64,000 nt of DNA from Flavobacterium sp. (GTDB lineage Bacteria; Bacteroidota; Bacteroidia; Flavobacteriales; Flavobacteriaceae): the NCBI GenBank assembly GCA_038104255.1, contig JAYOAM010000003.1, forward strand, positions 36,024 to 100,023. The letters are read 5' to 3'. Made by a program: the position numbers and the translations under genes. Position 1 is the first letter of the stretch. The number at the start of each line of letters is the position of its first letter. Under the pieces are notes generated by a model. It made no database searches, was not told the DNA's origin, and worked only from the letters and a program-made list of their open reading frames with translations. Below, in pieces: positions 45,544-55,616 of the stretch.

Positions 45544-46167
45544 TTATTCTTCTTTTTTCTCCTCAGTAACTTCTGGAGCAACTTCTTCAGCCGAAGCTTC
45601 TGGAGTTTCTTCAACTGCTTCTTCAGTCACTTCTTCAGCCGAAGCTTCTGGAGTTTCTTCAACTGCTTCTTCAGTTGTTTCTTCAGTCACTTCTTCAGCA
45701 GCTTCTTCTACAGCAGCTTCTTCTACAGCAGCAGCAACTCTGGCTTCATTCACAGCTTTCTCTGCTTCTAAGGCTTTTGCTTTTGCATCTGATTTAGCTT
45801 TAGCTACTTTTTCTTCTTTAGAAGCAACTTTTCCAGCTTTTTCTTCTAACCAAGCTTGGAATTTTTCCTCAGCCTGTTCTTCAGTTAAAGCACCTTTTCT
45901 CACACCACCAACTAAATGGTTTTTTAGCATAGCTCCTTTGTAAGACAAAATAGTTTTAGCAGTATCTGTTGGTTGTGCACCATTTTGCAACCATTTTACA
46001 GCACCATCAACATCTAAATTAATAGTTGCTGGATTGGTATTAGGGTTGTAAGTTCCTAATTTCTCTAAAAAGCGTCCATCTCTTTTTGCTCTTGCATCTG
46101 CTGCAACAATCCAATAAAATGGTTTTCCTTTTTTTCCGTGTCTTTGTAATCTAATTTTTACTGACAT
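45544..46167 (-). CDS. rpsP: 30S ribosomal protein S16 with long acidic C-terminal extension
   Basis: [11 protein letters not shown]...[14 protein letters not shown]...[11 protein letters not shown]. Confidence 0.98.
   Translation of the reverse strand: MSVKIRLQRHGKKGKPFYWIVAADARAKRDGRFLEKLGTYNPNTNPATINLDVDGAVKWLQNGAQPTDTAKTILSYKGAMLKNHLVGGVRKGALTEEQAEEKFQAWLEEKAGKVASKEEKVAKAKSDAKAKALEAEKAVNEARVAAAVEEAAVEEAAEEVTEETTEEAVEETPEASAEEVTEEAVEETPEASAEEVAPEVTEEKKEE
45581..45675 (-). repeat. Perfect 47-nt tandem duplication with 48-nt period ([15 protein letters not shown]) in the S16 tail
   Basis: 45581-45627 is identical to 45629-45675. Confidence 0.95.
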
Positions 46168-46230
46168 TTTTTTAATTTTTTAAGGTTCTCGACCTTGGTT
46201 ATTAATAATCCTACCATCTCGTGATAAGTG
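46168..46230 (-). promoter_or_regulatory. rpsP 5' leader with hairpins; candidate S16 ribosomal-protein leader
   Basis: Consensus -7 element TACATTTG at 46235-46242; leader contains the hairpin AAGGT-CGAGA-ACCTT (46182-46196) and a weaker upstream hairpin. An S16-Flavobacteria r-leader motif has been described, but I did not test the match. Confidence 0.45.
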
Positions 46231-46300
46231 GGCGCAAATGTACGAAGTTTTTTGAAATTGATAAACTAATTTTACAATATCATAAAAAGTTACTAATTAC

Positions 46301-46325
46301 AAAAAAAAGCCCCACATGGGGCTTT
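46301..46325 (-). terminator. Intrinsic terminator after VPS10 paralog 2
   Basis: Minus strand AAAGCCCC-atgt-GGGGCTTTTTTTT. Confidence 0.88.
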
Positions 46326-46329
46326 AATT

Positions 46330-49300
46330 TTATTTAGTGAATTCTTCAAAGGTTTTTAACCCCATATCGTTCTTAGATTTTACTTTTTTTGACATTTTAT
46401 CAAAGTCTTCTTTAGCTTTTGAAAAACGATTTTCAACAATGGATAAAAAATCTAATTCAGAATTCGAAGGCTTGTCATAACTGCCAACAATTTTACTGAA
46501 CAAATCTGCTAGTTTTTCTCTTAACTCTGGTTCTGCACTTCCAACATAATTATCTCCAGTTGTAATGACCAAAGTTTTCTTGAGTTCATTTAATTTTGAT
46601 TTTAGTTTACTTTTTGTTTCTGGTGCTTCAATAAAAGCATCGATTTGATAAACCATGTAGGCCAATTCTTCAGTCATTTTATACATCTTTGATATGACAT
46701 CATGTTTCATCTTTCTATCCTCAGACGTTAAACTCGACCTTTTATCGTAAATAATTTCAAAGTCATGTTCATAAACTTCTCTCCCTTTTGTTATAACTGC
46801 CGTATATGTCCCTGCCTGAACTCTTGGAGTAGCAAAACCACCAAATGCAAGAGTTTTTCCCTTAGCAACTTTGGGTTGTTTGATATTTCCTGACCAACTC
46901 ACAATATTGATCCCTTTAGATTTTCCAGGAGATAATTTAGAAACAACCTCACCCTTACTATCCTTTATTTCCATAGTCATCTTACCAAAAGTATGTCGTT
47001 TTGGTAGTAAGTATTTTATTTTAGGAGATCTGCTAGCATTTTCTCCTACAAATTGAGTTTCTGCACCAAAACTACCTGCAAATCCACTTTCATCAGATAA
47101 CTTCATCGGTTTAGAACTAAAAAAATGCAGTTTAGACTTTAAAACTTCAGATGTGATTTCGCGTAAAGGTGAAATATCCTCAATAATAATGATCCCTCTA
47201 CCATGAGTTCCAAGAACTAAATCATTGGTTTGTTTTTGAAGATCAATAAAATGAATAGCTACTGGTGGCACATTTTTAGTGAATTTTTCCCAATTTTTAC
47301 CTCCATCAGCGGTAATATAAAGTCCAAATTCTGTTCCTAGGAATAATAAATTTTCATTTTCATAGTCTTCTTGAATATTTCTTGAAGTACCTACAATATT
47401 CTCTGTAATAATATTAGTCCAAGTTGTTCCAAAATCTGTGGTTTTAAAAACGTATGGCTTCATATCACCATTGTTATGGCCATCAAAAACAGCATATGCT
47501 GTTCCTTTACCGTGAACACTTGCTTCTATATGGTAAGTCCAAGTATTACTTGGTAATCCTTGAATATTACCCACAACATTTTGCCAGTTTTTACCCCCAT
47601 CTTTTGTTACTTGAACATTTCCATCATCTGTACCTACCCATATAATATTTTCATCAAGAGGAGATTCTGCTATTGTAAAGATTGTGGTATGGTTTTCTGC
47701 ACCAGAATTATCCATTGATAATCCTCCAGAATCTGCTTGTTGCTGTTTCGTTGGATCATTGGTAGATAAATCTGGAGAAATAATTTCCCATGTATCTCCC
47801 ATATCTTCAGATTTATGAAGAAACTGACTCCCCATGTAAAAACGGTCGGGTTGATGAGCGCTAATTGCCATGGGTGCATTCCAATTAAAACGCAAATCTT
47901 CATACCCTGCTTTTTCAAGAGGTTGGATTGTCTTTACTAATTTATTGTCAACATCATATCTCCAAACATTTTCTGCTCCTTGCATTTCTGAATAAATGAT
48001 ATTTTTAGTTGGGTGTTTTAATACTCTAAAGCCATCACCTGCTCCAATAGAATTCCAATCACCAGCATTTATTCCTCCACTAGATGAAGATGGACCATAC
48101 CAAGAACCATTATCTTGAAGACCCCCATATATATTATAGGGCTCTGCATTATCTACACTTATATGATAAAACTGTGATAAGGGTAAGTTTTCCACAATTT
48201 CCATTGTTGTACCACCATTCCAAGAACGGTATACACCTCCATCTGTTCCAGCATATATTCTGTCTGAATCATGAATATCAAAAACAATGTCATGAATATC
48301 ACTATGCATATTTCCTAGTGATTTAAAAGTTTTACCACCATCTTTCGAAATTGAACCCGATAAACCTCCTTTGACAACAACATCAGGATTTCTAGGGTCT
48401 ACAGTAATTCTTGAAAAATAAAAAGGGCGAACCGTAATTCCAAAATCATTATTTAATTGTTTCCAGTTAGCTCCTGCGTCATCACTTCTATACAATCCTT
48501 TTCGCTTTGGATCTTCTGCTTCAATTACTGTATATAAAATATTAGCATCTGATGGAGCTACTGCAATAGCTAATCTACCTAATTGTCCATCAGGAAAACC
48601 ATTATGAATTTTGTTCCAAGTTTTTCCAGCATCAGAAGATTTGTACAATGCACTGTTATCTCCACCTGAAGAAAAAGACCAAGCTGTTCTTCTGAACTCC
48701 CACATTGATGCATATAGAATAGAGGGATCTTTAGGATCCATAGTCATATCTGCAGCTCCAGTTTTCTCATCTATATACAATATCTTTTCCCAAGTTTCTC
48801 CTGCATCTGAAGATTTATAAACACCACGTTCATCACTATCTGACCACAGTGCTCCCAATACAGCCACATATACCTCATTAGAATTCTTTGGATTAACAAT
48901 AATATTTGCTATTCGCTCTGATTTATCAAAACCAAGTTTTTTCCAATTAGAACCTCCATCGGTTGATTTATATAAACCGTCTCCGTATGAAACACTATTT
49001 CTTGTCCATGTTTCACCTGTTCCAACATAGATTACATTATCTGGATCGTTAGGATCTATGGCTACAGCACCGATAGACTGGCTATGATCGTCAAATATTG
49101 GGTTAAAAGTAGTACCTGCATCGTTGGATTTCCATACACCTCCACCAGCAGTTCCAGCATAGATAATTTGATTATTAGTTGGGTGAACTTCCATATCATT
49201 TATTCGACCACTCATTAATGCAGGCCCTATATGTCGAGCTCTAAGATCTCCTAATAAATTTTTTAGGTTAACAGAAGTGTTGTTTTGAGCGTTATTGCTA

Positions 49301-49347
49301 AATGGAAGAAATAGCATACTCAAAACTAAGATTATTAGTTTTTTCAT
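46330..49347 (-). CDS. VPS10/sortilin-like BNR-repeat beta-propeller protein, paralog 2
   Basis: Signal peptide; RHIGPALMSGRI, SxDxGxTW boxes, HSDIHD, GGLQDNGSW and RFNWNAP. Confidence 0.85.
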   Translation of the reverse strand: MKKLIILVLSMLFLPFSNNAQNNTSVNLKNLLGDLRARHIGPALMSGRINDMEVHPTNNQIIYAGTAGGGVWKSNDAGTTFNPIFDDHSQSIGAVAIDPNDPDNVIYVGTGETWTRNSVSYGDGLYKSTDGGSNWKKLGFDKSERIANIIVNPKNSNEVYVAVLGALWSDSDERGVYKSSDAGETWEKILYIDEKTGAADMTMDPKDPSILYASMWEFRRTAWSFSSGGDNSALYKSSDAGKTWNKIHNGFPDGQLGRLAIAVAPSDANILYTVIEAEDPKRKGLYRSDDAGANWKQLNNDFGITVRPFYFSRITVDPRNPDVVVKGGLSGSISKDGGKTFKSLGNMHSDIHDIVFDIHDSDRIYAGTDGGVYRSWNGGTTMEIVENLPLSQFYHISVDNAEPYNIYGGLQDNGSWYGPSSSSGGINAGDWNSIGAGDGFRVLKHPTKNIIYSEMQGAENVWRYDVDNKLVKTIQPLEKAGYEDLRFNWNAPMAISAHQPDRFYMGSQFLHKSEDMGDTWEIISPDLSTNDPTKQQQADSGGLSMDNSGAENHTTIFTIAESPLDENIIWVGTDDGNVQVTKDGGKNWQNVVGNIQGLPSNTWTYHIEASVHGKGTAYAVFDGHNNGDMKPYVFKTTDFGTTWTNIITENIVGTSRNIQEDYENENLLFLGTEFGLYITADGGKNWEKFTKNVPPVAIHFIDLQKQTNDLVLGTHGRGIIIIEDISPLREITSEVLKSKLHFFSSKPMKLSDESGFAGSFGAETQFVGENASRSPKIKYLLPKRHTFGKMTMEIKDSKGEVVSKLSPGKSKGINIVSWSGNIKQPKVAKGKTLAFGGFATPRVQAGTYTAVITKGREVYEHDFEIIYDKRSSLTSEDRKMKHDVISKMYKMTEELAYMVYQIDAFIEAPETKSKLKSKLNELKKTLVITTGDNYVGSAEPELREKLADLFSKIVGSYDKPSNSELDFLSIVENRFSKAKEDFDKMSKKVKSKNDMGLKTFEEFTK

Positions 49348-49423
49348 GTCTATAAATTTTTTTGATTAAATGGAAAAAAAAGAGCCTAAATAAATTATGT
49401 AGACTCTTTTTTTTTTGATATGA

Positions 49424-50191
49424 TTATTTTTTGTTTTCTTCTTCAGTAATTTCTTCTGGAAATTTGAAAGCACTTGGATCTACAGTTGGATTTAATTCAA
49501 TTTTATCCATGGTAATAGGCTGGCCACCACCATCTTTTACCCCTTGTGTTAAAGAAAATGGGAAATACATTCCATCAACTTCTTGATAATCGCTAAATTT
49601 CACCTCTGATATCATTCCTTTACCAGGACCCATTCTTATTTCAGAATGAACAACAATAGGAACGAAATTTTCAGCATCGAAAAAATAAATACTTGAATTT
49701 TCCACCTCTTTACCATCAACAGTCATTGGTTTTTTTGTCAATTTAATTTTAAAGGTTTCTGTTCCTTCCAAATCTTCCTTACCTAATAACTCTACAGTAT
49801 ATCCTTTGTCTTTATAGTTAAAGAAAGCATCAGGAAAATCTTGAGCTTCAAGTTTCATATTATCTGTAGATTCTTGATCGCTTTTTTCTGCTTTTTGAGT
49901 CTGAAAATTAGTACTCCACAATACCTCACCATCAAAAACTCCTTGTTTGAGTTCTAATCCCTGAAAATTTATTACGGTCATTTGGTTACCATTTTTAAGC
50001 TGAGTGATTTCTAAAGGAATTTCCATACCTCCCTGATTTACTTTTGCACTCATCTTAATTCCTTCTAACTTTGCCCAGTTTTCAATACCTCCAGTATTTT
50101 CAAAATAATTTGCTATAATTTCATCTGCCGTTTGAGAAGTAACAGAAAAGCTTGCTGAAATGGCAATTACAAATAATATGATTTTTTTCAT
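49424..50191 (-). CDS. Outer-membrane lipoprotein-sorting (LolA/LolB-like fold) family protein
   Basis: Signal peptide; TADEIIANYFENTGG, ELLGKEDLEGTETFKIKLT and FSDYQEVDGMYFPF motifs typical of this family. Confidence 0.7.
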   Translation of the reverse strand: MKKIILFVIAISASFSVTSQTADEIIANYFENTGGIENWAKLEGIKMSAKVNQGGMEIPLEITQLKNGNQMTVINFQGLELKQGVFDGEVLWSTNFQTQKAEKSDQESTDNMKLEAQDFPDAFFNYKDKGYTVELLGKEDLEGTETFKIKLTKKPMTVDGKEVENSSIYFFDAENFVPIVVHSEIRMGPGKGMISEVKFSDYQEVDGMYFPFSLTQGVKDGGGQPITMDKIELNPTVDPSAFKFPEEITEEENKK

Positions 50192-50293
50192 TTTAATATT
50201 TTTTTAGTTGTTATTTATTTATGACGTCTAAAATACATATTTGTTACAATAAAATTTCAAATTTTATAAACTTTAATTATTTTTAATACCACT

Positions 50294-51163
50294 ATGAATA
50301 TTCTTAAAAACTTTCCTGTCAGTGGTAAGCATTACAAATCAATTGTCACAGATTTATATTTCAATAAAACATCTCATAAAAAACCATTAGTTATTTTTTG
50401 TCACGGCTACAAAGGATATAAAGATTGGGGAGCATTTGATTTGATGTCGTCATTTTTTGTAAACGCTGAATTAGTTTTGCTAAAATTTAATTTTTCTCAT
50501 AATGGAGGAACAGTAAATGAACCTATTGATTTTCCTGATTTAGATGCCTTTGGAAAAAACAATTACAGTATAGAACTAGATGATTTAGATAGTATTATTA
50601 ACTGGATATCCACTCATCATGAATATCAAGATGAAATAGACGTAAATAACATCACATTGATTGGCCATTCAAGAGGTGGAGCCATCTCATTACTGAAAGC
50701 TTCTGAAGATTCGAGAATTAAAAAACTTGTTACATGGGCTGCCGTAAGCAATCTCAATAGCCTTATTTTTCATGAAGGCGCAAAATTAGAACAATGGAAG
50801 AAAGATGGGGTAATGTATATTATGAATGGAAGAACAAAACAAAAAATGCCTCATTACATTCAATTCTACCATAATTTTATCCATAATAAAAATCGTCTGA
50901 ATGTTAAAAATGCTGCAAAAAAAATGAGTATACCTCATCTCATAATTCACGGAGATAAAGATATATCAGTACCGTTTATACATGCACAAAATCTTCACGA
51001 GTGGAATACAACAAGTCAACTAATTATTGTACCAGAATCCAATCATGTCTTTGGTGCTTCTCAACCCTGGATAAATAAAAAACTTCCTAAAGATTTCATC
51101 TTTGTTCTTGAAAAAACAATAGCATTTATTACAGGAACTAACATTGTTAATAAAACCGAATAA
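50294..51163 (+). CDS. Alpha/beta hydrolase (S9/dienelactone hydrolase-like)
   Basis: FCHGYKG, GHSRGG nucleophile, IIHGDKD and NHVFG. Confidence 0.88.
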   Translation: MNILKNFPVSGKHYKSIVTDLYFNKTSHKKPLVIFCHGYKGYKDWGAFDLMSSFFVNAELVLLKFNFSHNGGTVNEPIDFPDLDAFGKNNYSIELDDLDSIINWISTHHEYQDEIDVNNITLIGHSRGGAISLLKASEDSRIKKLVTWAAVSNLNSLIFHEGAKLEQWKKDGVMYIMNGRTKQKMPHYIQFYHNFIHNKNRLNVKNAAKKMSIPHLIIHGDKDISVPFIHAQNLHEWNTTSQLIIVPESNHVFGASQPWINKKLPKDFIFVLEKTIAFITGTNIVNKTE

Positions 51164-51233
51164 CTCTTCAAGTGTTTTCTATCTCTTTTTAGTATTTTTA
51201 TTAAACTAATTTCTAGGTAAGAAATCCGCAAAT

Positions 51234-54200
51234 ATGTACTTGATTTTTGATACGGAAACCACTGGGTTACCTAAGAGCTGGAATGCTCCTATAACTGATA
51301 CTGACAACTGGCCAAGATGCATTCAGATTGCATGGCAGCTTCATGACAGCATGGGTAATATAGTTGAACACAATGATTTCCTAGTTCAACCCGATGGATT
51401 TAACATACCTTTCGATGCAGAACAAATTCATGGTATTTCAACAGATCTAGCAAAAGAGCAGGGAATTTCACTAAATGAATGTTTAGAATTATTTAATGAA
51501 GTTTTGCAAAAAACAACTTTTATTGTTGGTCAAAATGTAAATTTTGATTTGAATATTATGGGCTGTGAATTTCACCGCTTGAATATTTCAACCAATTTAA
51601 ATAAACTTCCTGTTCTGGACACTTGTACTGAACATACTGCACAATTATGTCAAATTCCAGGGGGTCGAGGAGGAAAATTTAAATTACCTACGTTAACAGA
51701 ATTACACAACCATTTATTTGGTGTAAATTTTGATGAGGCTCATAATGCAACTGCAGATGTAGAAGCTACCTCAAGATGTTTCTTAGAATTAATTCGTTTA
51801 GGAGAATTTTCAAAAGAAAAATTAGATGTTGAGGAAGATTATTTTAAAAACTTTTCAGCAGCTAACCCAAAACCCATTGAGCTAATAGGCTTAAAACATA
51901 TTAATCTTAAGAAAGAGAGTGAAAAAATTAGAAAACGTCTAGCTTCTCTAACAGATAATAAAAAAACATCCGATACCTCTGCTGGACTATCTCAATTAGA
52001 GAATGTACAATTTGCTCATCTTCACAACCATACACAGTTTTCAGTTTTACAATCTACCATCCAAATTGAAAATATTGTAAAAGCTGCAGCTAAAGACAAC
52101 ATGTCTGCAATTGCTCTAACTGATACAGGAAATATGATGGCTTCTTTTCATTTTGTGAGTGCCATCTTAAAACACAACAAGCAAGCATTAGCTAAAAATG
52201 AGATTTCTGAAGAAAATGGAGAAACTCCAAAAGAAACCATTTTAAAGCCAATTTTAGGCTGTGAATTTAATGTATGTGAAGATCATTTAGATAAAAAAAG
52301 AAAGGATAATGGATATCAGATTGTCTTGTTAGCAAAAACAAAAAAAGGATATCATAATCTAGCAAAAATGTCTTCCATTGCTTTTATTGAAGGATTCTAT
52401 TATGTACCTAGAATAGATCGTAAAATTATTGAGCAATACAAAGAGGATATTATTGTATTGACAGGAAATACTTACGGAGAAGTACCAAATAAAATACTAA
52501 ATGTAGGAGAAAAACAGGCTGAAGATGCATTATTATGGTGGAAACAACAATTTGGTAAAGACCTCTATATTGAATTAATGCGTCATGATCAAGAAGATGA
52601 ACGCATAGTCAATGAGACCCTTCTTAAATTTGCTAAAAATCATGAAATCAAAGTTGTTGCTACCAACAATATATTTTATTTGAATAAGGAAGATGCTAAT
52701 GCCCATGACATTTTATTGTGTGTGAAAGAGGGGGAAAAACAGGCAACTCCAAAAGGAAAAGGTAGAGGGTACAGATATGGTTTACCCAATGATGAATATT
52801 ATTTCAAAACAAGTGATGAAATGAAAGCATTGTTTGCAGATATTCCTGAAGCCATATCTAATATTCAAGAAATTGTGGACAAGATTGAAGTTTTCTCTCT
52901 AGCTCGAGATGTTCTTTTACCTGCATTTGATATTCCTATTGAATTTCAATCTCATGAGGATTTGGAAGATGGTGGAAAAAGGGGAGAAAATAATTATCTA
53001 AAACACCTCACTTATATTGGTGCAAAAAAAAGATATGGAGAAATTACAGAATCTATCAAAGAGCGTCTTGATTTTGAATTAGAAGTAATTAAAAACACTG
53101 GATATCCTGGATATTTTTTAATTGTTGAGGATTTTATAAGAGAAGCAAGAAAAATGAATGTTTCTGTTGGTCCTGGTAGGGGTTCTGCTGCTGGTTCTGT
53201 AGTTGCCTACTGTCTTTGGATTACGAATATAGATCCTATAAAATACGATTTACTTTTTGAGCGTTTCTTAAATCCAGAACGTGTATCCATGCCCGATATT
53301 GATATCGATTTTGATGATGAAGGAAGAGGAAGAGTAATGGATTATGTAATTAACAAATACGGAGCCAATCAAGTAGCACAAATCATCACTTACGGAACCA
53401 TGGCAGCAAAATCCTCTATTCGTGATACAGCTAGGGTACTTGATTTACCATTATTTGAAGCCGATAGGATTGCGAAATTAATTCCAAATGTTAAACTGAA
53501 AAATATTTTTGGAACTGATGAAAAGAGCAAAAATAAAATTGCGGCTTTACGTTCAGAAGAAAAAGAAATGGTTAATGAATTAAAGGCCATGTCTGAAGGG
53601 GAAGGAATAGAATCTGAAACTATCAACAAAGCTGCTATTCTTGAGGGATCAGTCCGAAACACTGGAATCCACGCTTGTGGTGTGATTATAACTCCTTCAG
53701 ACATCACCAATTTTGTTCCTGTAGCGCTTGCAAAAGATTCAGATATGTATGTTACTCAGTTTGACAATTCTGTTGTTGAAAGCGCTGGCTTGTTAAAAAT
53801 GGACTTTTTAGGGTTAAAAACCTTAACCCTAATAAAAGACACTGTAAAAATTGTTAAAGCTAGGCATGGAGTCCAACTGGATCCAGAAAACTTCCCACTT
53901 GATGATGAAAAAACGTATGAATTATTTCAACGTGGTGAAACCATTGGAATTTTTCAATATGAATCTCCAGGCATGCAAAAACATATGCGCTCTTTAAAAC
54001 CTACCGTTTTTGGAGATTTAATTGCGATGAATGCATTATATAGACCCGGGCCAATGGAATATATTCCATCATTCATTAACAGAAAACACGGTAAAGAAGA
54101 TATCCAATATGACCTTCCTGCAATGGAAGAATATTTAGCGGAAACTTATGGAATTACTGTATATCAGGAACAAGTAATGCTACTCTCTCAAAAACTTGCC

Positions 54201-55616
54201 AACTTCACAAAGGGGGAGGCTGATGTTTTGCGGAAAGCTATGGGGAAAAAACAGGCTGCTGTCTTGGCAAAAATGAAGCCTAAATTTATCAATCAAGCAA
54301 AAGAAAATGGTCATGAACCTGATAAACTTGAAAAAATATGGAAAGATTGGGAAGCTTTTGCATCCTATGCCTTTAACAAATCTCATTCAACTTGTTATGC
54401 ATGGATAGCCTATCAAACAGCCTATCTCAAAGCTCATTATCCTGCAGAATACATGGCCTCTGTTTTGTCTAATAATATGAATGATATCAAATCTGTTTCA
54501 TTCTTTATGGAAGAATGTAAATCTATGGGCTTAAAAGTTCTAGGCCCGGACATTAATGAATCTTACTTAAAATTTTCTGTTAACAAACAAGGTGCGGTGC
54601 GGTTTGGAATGGGTGCTATAAAAGGTGTTGGAAGTTCAGCTGTAAAAGCAATTATTAAGGAAAGAAAAGAAAATGGCCATTTCACATCTATTTTCGATGT
54701 AACTAAAAGAATAGATTTACGTGCTGCAAACAAAAAAGCTTTTGATGGCCTAATACTAGCAGGAGGTTTTGATTCTTTTTCTAACACACACAGAGCACAA
54801 TATTTTGCAGAGGATGAAAAAGGACAAACTTTTATTGAAAAAGCAATTCGTTATGGAAATAAATATCAAGATAACTTAAATTCTGCTCAAGTATCTTTAT
54901 TTGGAGAAACATCAGATGTTCAATTTCCAGAACCAGCAATACCAGAATGTGAAGCCTGGGGAAACATGGAGGAGCTTGCTAAAGAAAAAGAAGTAGTTGG
55001 TATTTATATTTCTGCTCATCCATTAGATGACTTTAAAAATGAATTAAAATTCTGTAATGCAAATGTGGGGAATTTTAAAAGTGACTTAAAAAAATACGTT
55101 GGCTCTAATCTAGTTTTTGCTGGGATTATCACTGAAGTTCAACATAAAGTTTCGAAGGCTGGAAAAGGATGGGCTTCCTTTTTTATTGAGGATTATTCAG
55201 ATAGTTTTGAATTCAGAATATTTGGAGAAGACTACTTAAAGTTTAAGCATTTTTTAGTCTCAAATTCCTTTTTATTTGTTAGAACTACAGTTCAGAAAGG
55301 ATGGACAAATAAAGAAGGGGTGGAAGGAGATGCTAGACTTAAATTTACCGAATTTAAATTACTACACGATGTAATGGATGATTTATGTAAAAAAATGACG
55401 ATCAAGATATCCATTGAAGATATTCATGAAAAGTCAATTCAAAATTTTAATACCTTGTTCAGTAAACACAAAGGAAAACAAGCTCTAAAATTTGTAATTT
55501 ACGATGTTGAAGAAGAAATTGAGTTAGAAGTCCCTAGTAGAAATACTAAGATAAAAATTAGTAGTGACCTATTGAAGATACTGGAGGATCAACATATTAA
55601 TTTTAAATTAAATTAA
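51234..55616 (+). CDS. dnaE: DNA polymerase III alpha subunit with fused N-terminal DEDDh 3'-5' exonuclease
   Basis: N-terminal FDTETTG...HNATADV exonuclease; PHP HLHNHTQFS; GPGRGSAAGS, SMPDIDIDF, KMDFLGL and YAFNKSHS; no intein. Confidence 0.98.
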   Translation: MYLIFDTETTGLPKSWNAPITDTDNWPRCIQIAWQLHDSMGNIVEHNDFLVQPDGFNIPFDAEQIHGISTDLAKEQGISLNECLELFNEVLQKTTFIVGQNVNFDLNIMGCEFHRLNISTNLNKLPVLDTCTEHTAQLCQIPGGRGGKFKLPTLTELHNHLFGVNFDEAHNATADVEATSRCFLELIRLGEFSKEKLDVEEDYFKNFSAANPKPIELIGLKHINLKKESEKIRKRLASLTDNKKTSDTSAGLSQLENVQFAHLHNHTQFSVLQSTIQIENIVKAAAKDNMSAIALTDTGNMMASFHFVSAILKHNKQALAKNEISEENGETPKETILKPILGCEFNVCEDHLDKKRKDNGYQIVLLAKTKKGYHNLAKMSSIAFIEGFYYVPRIDRKIIEQYKEDIIVLTGNTYGEVPNKILNVGEKQAEDALLWWKQQFGKDLYIELMRHDQEDERIVNETLLKFAKNHEIKVVATNNIFYLNKEDANAHDILLCVKEGEKQATPKGKGRGYRYGLPNDEYYFKTSDEMKALFADIPEAISNIQEIVDKIEVFSLARDVLLPAFDIPIEFQSHEDLEDGGKRGENNYLKHLTYIGAKKRYGEITESIKERLDFELEVIKNTGYPGYFLIVEDFIREARKMNVSVGPGRGSAAGSVVAYCLWITNIDPIKYDLLFERFLNPERVSMPDIDIDFDDEGRGRVMDYVINKYGANQVAQIITYGTMAAKSSIRDTARVLDLPLFEADRIAKLIPNVKLKNIFGTDEKSKNKIAALRSEEKEMVNELKAMSEGEGIESETINKAAILEGSVRNTGIHACGVIITPSDITNFVPVALAKDSDMYVTQFDNSVVESAGLLKMDFLGLKTLTLIKDTVKIVKARHGVQLDPENFPLDDEKTYELFQRGETIGIFQYESPGMQKHMRSLKPTVFGDLIAMNALYRPGPMEYIPSFINRKHGKEDIQYDLPAMEEYLAETYGITVYQEQVMLLSQKLANFTKGEADVLRKAMGKKQAAVLAKMKPKFINQAKENGHEPDKLEKIWKDWEAFASYAFNKSHSTCYAWIAYQTAYLKAHYPAEYMASVLSNNMNDIKSVSFFMEECKSMGLKVLGPDINESYLKFSVNKQGAVRFGMGAIKGVGSSAVKAIIKERKENGHFTSIFDVTKRIDLRAANKKAFDGLILAGGFDSFSNTHRAQYFAEDEKGQTFIEKAIRYGNKYQDNLNSAQVSLFGETSDVQFPEPAIPECEAWGNMEELAKEKEVVGIYISAHPLDDFKNELKFCNANVGNFKSDLKKYVGSNLVFAGIITEVQHKVSKAGKGWASFFIEDYSDSFEFRIFGEDYLKFKHFLVSNSFLFVRTTVQKGWTNKEGVEGDARLKFTEFKLLHDVMDDLCKKMTIKISIEDIHEKSIQNFNTLFSKHKGKQALKFVIYDVEEEIELEVPSRNTKIKISSDLLKILEDQHINFKLN

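Noticed and set aside
45581-45675. Tandem repeat considered as a possible CRISPR or mini-array
   Set aside because: Only two adjacent in-frame coding copies, no spacers and no cas genes.
47670-47918. 82-aa same-strand alternative-frame ORF inside VPS10 paralog 2
   Set aside because: The host frame is uninterrupted and I saw no slippery site or motif, so there is no support for frameshifting.
51234-55616. Possible intein in the unusually long dnaE
   Set aside because: The extra length is explained by the N-terminal exonuclease. The usual insertion region (YAFNKSH) is contiguous and there are no splicing or homing-endonuclease motifs.
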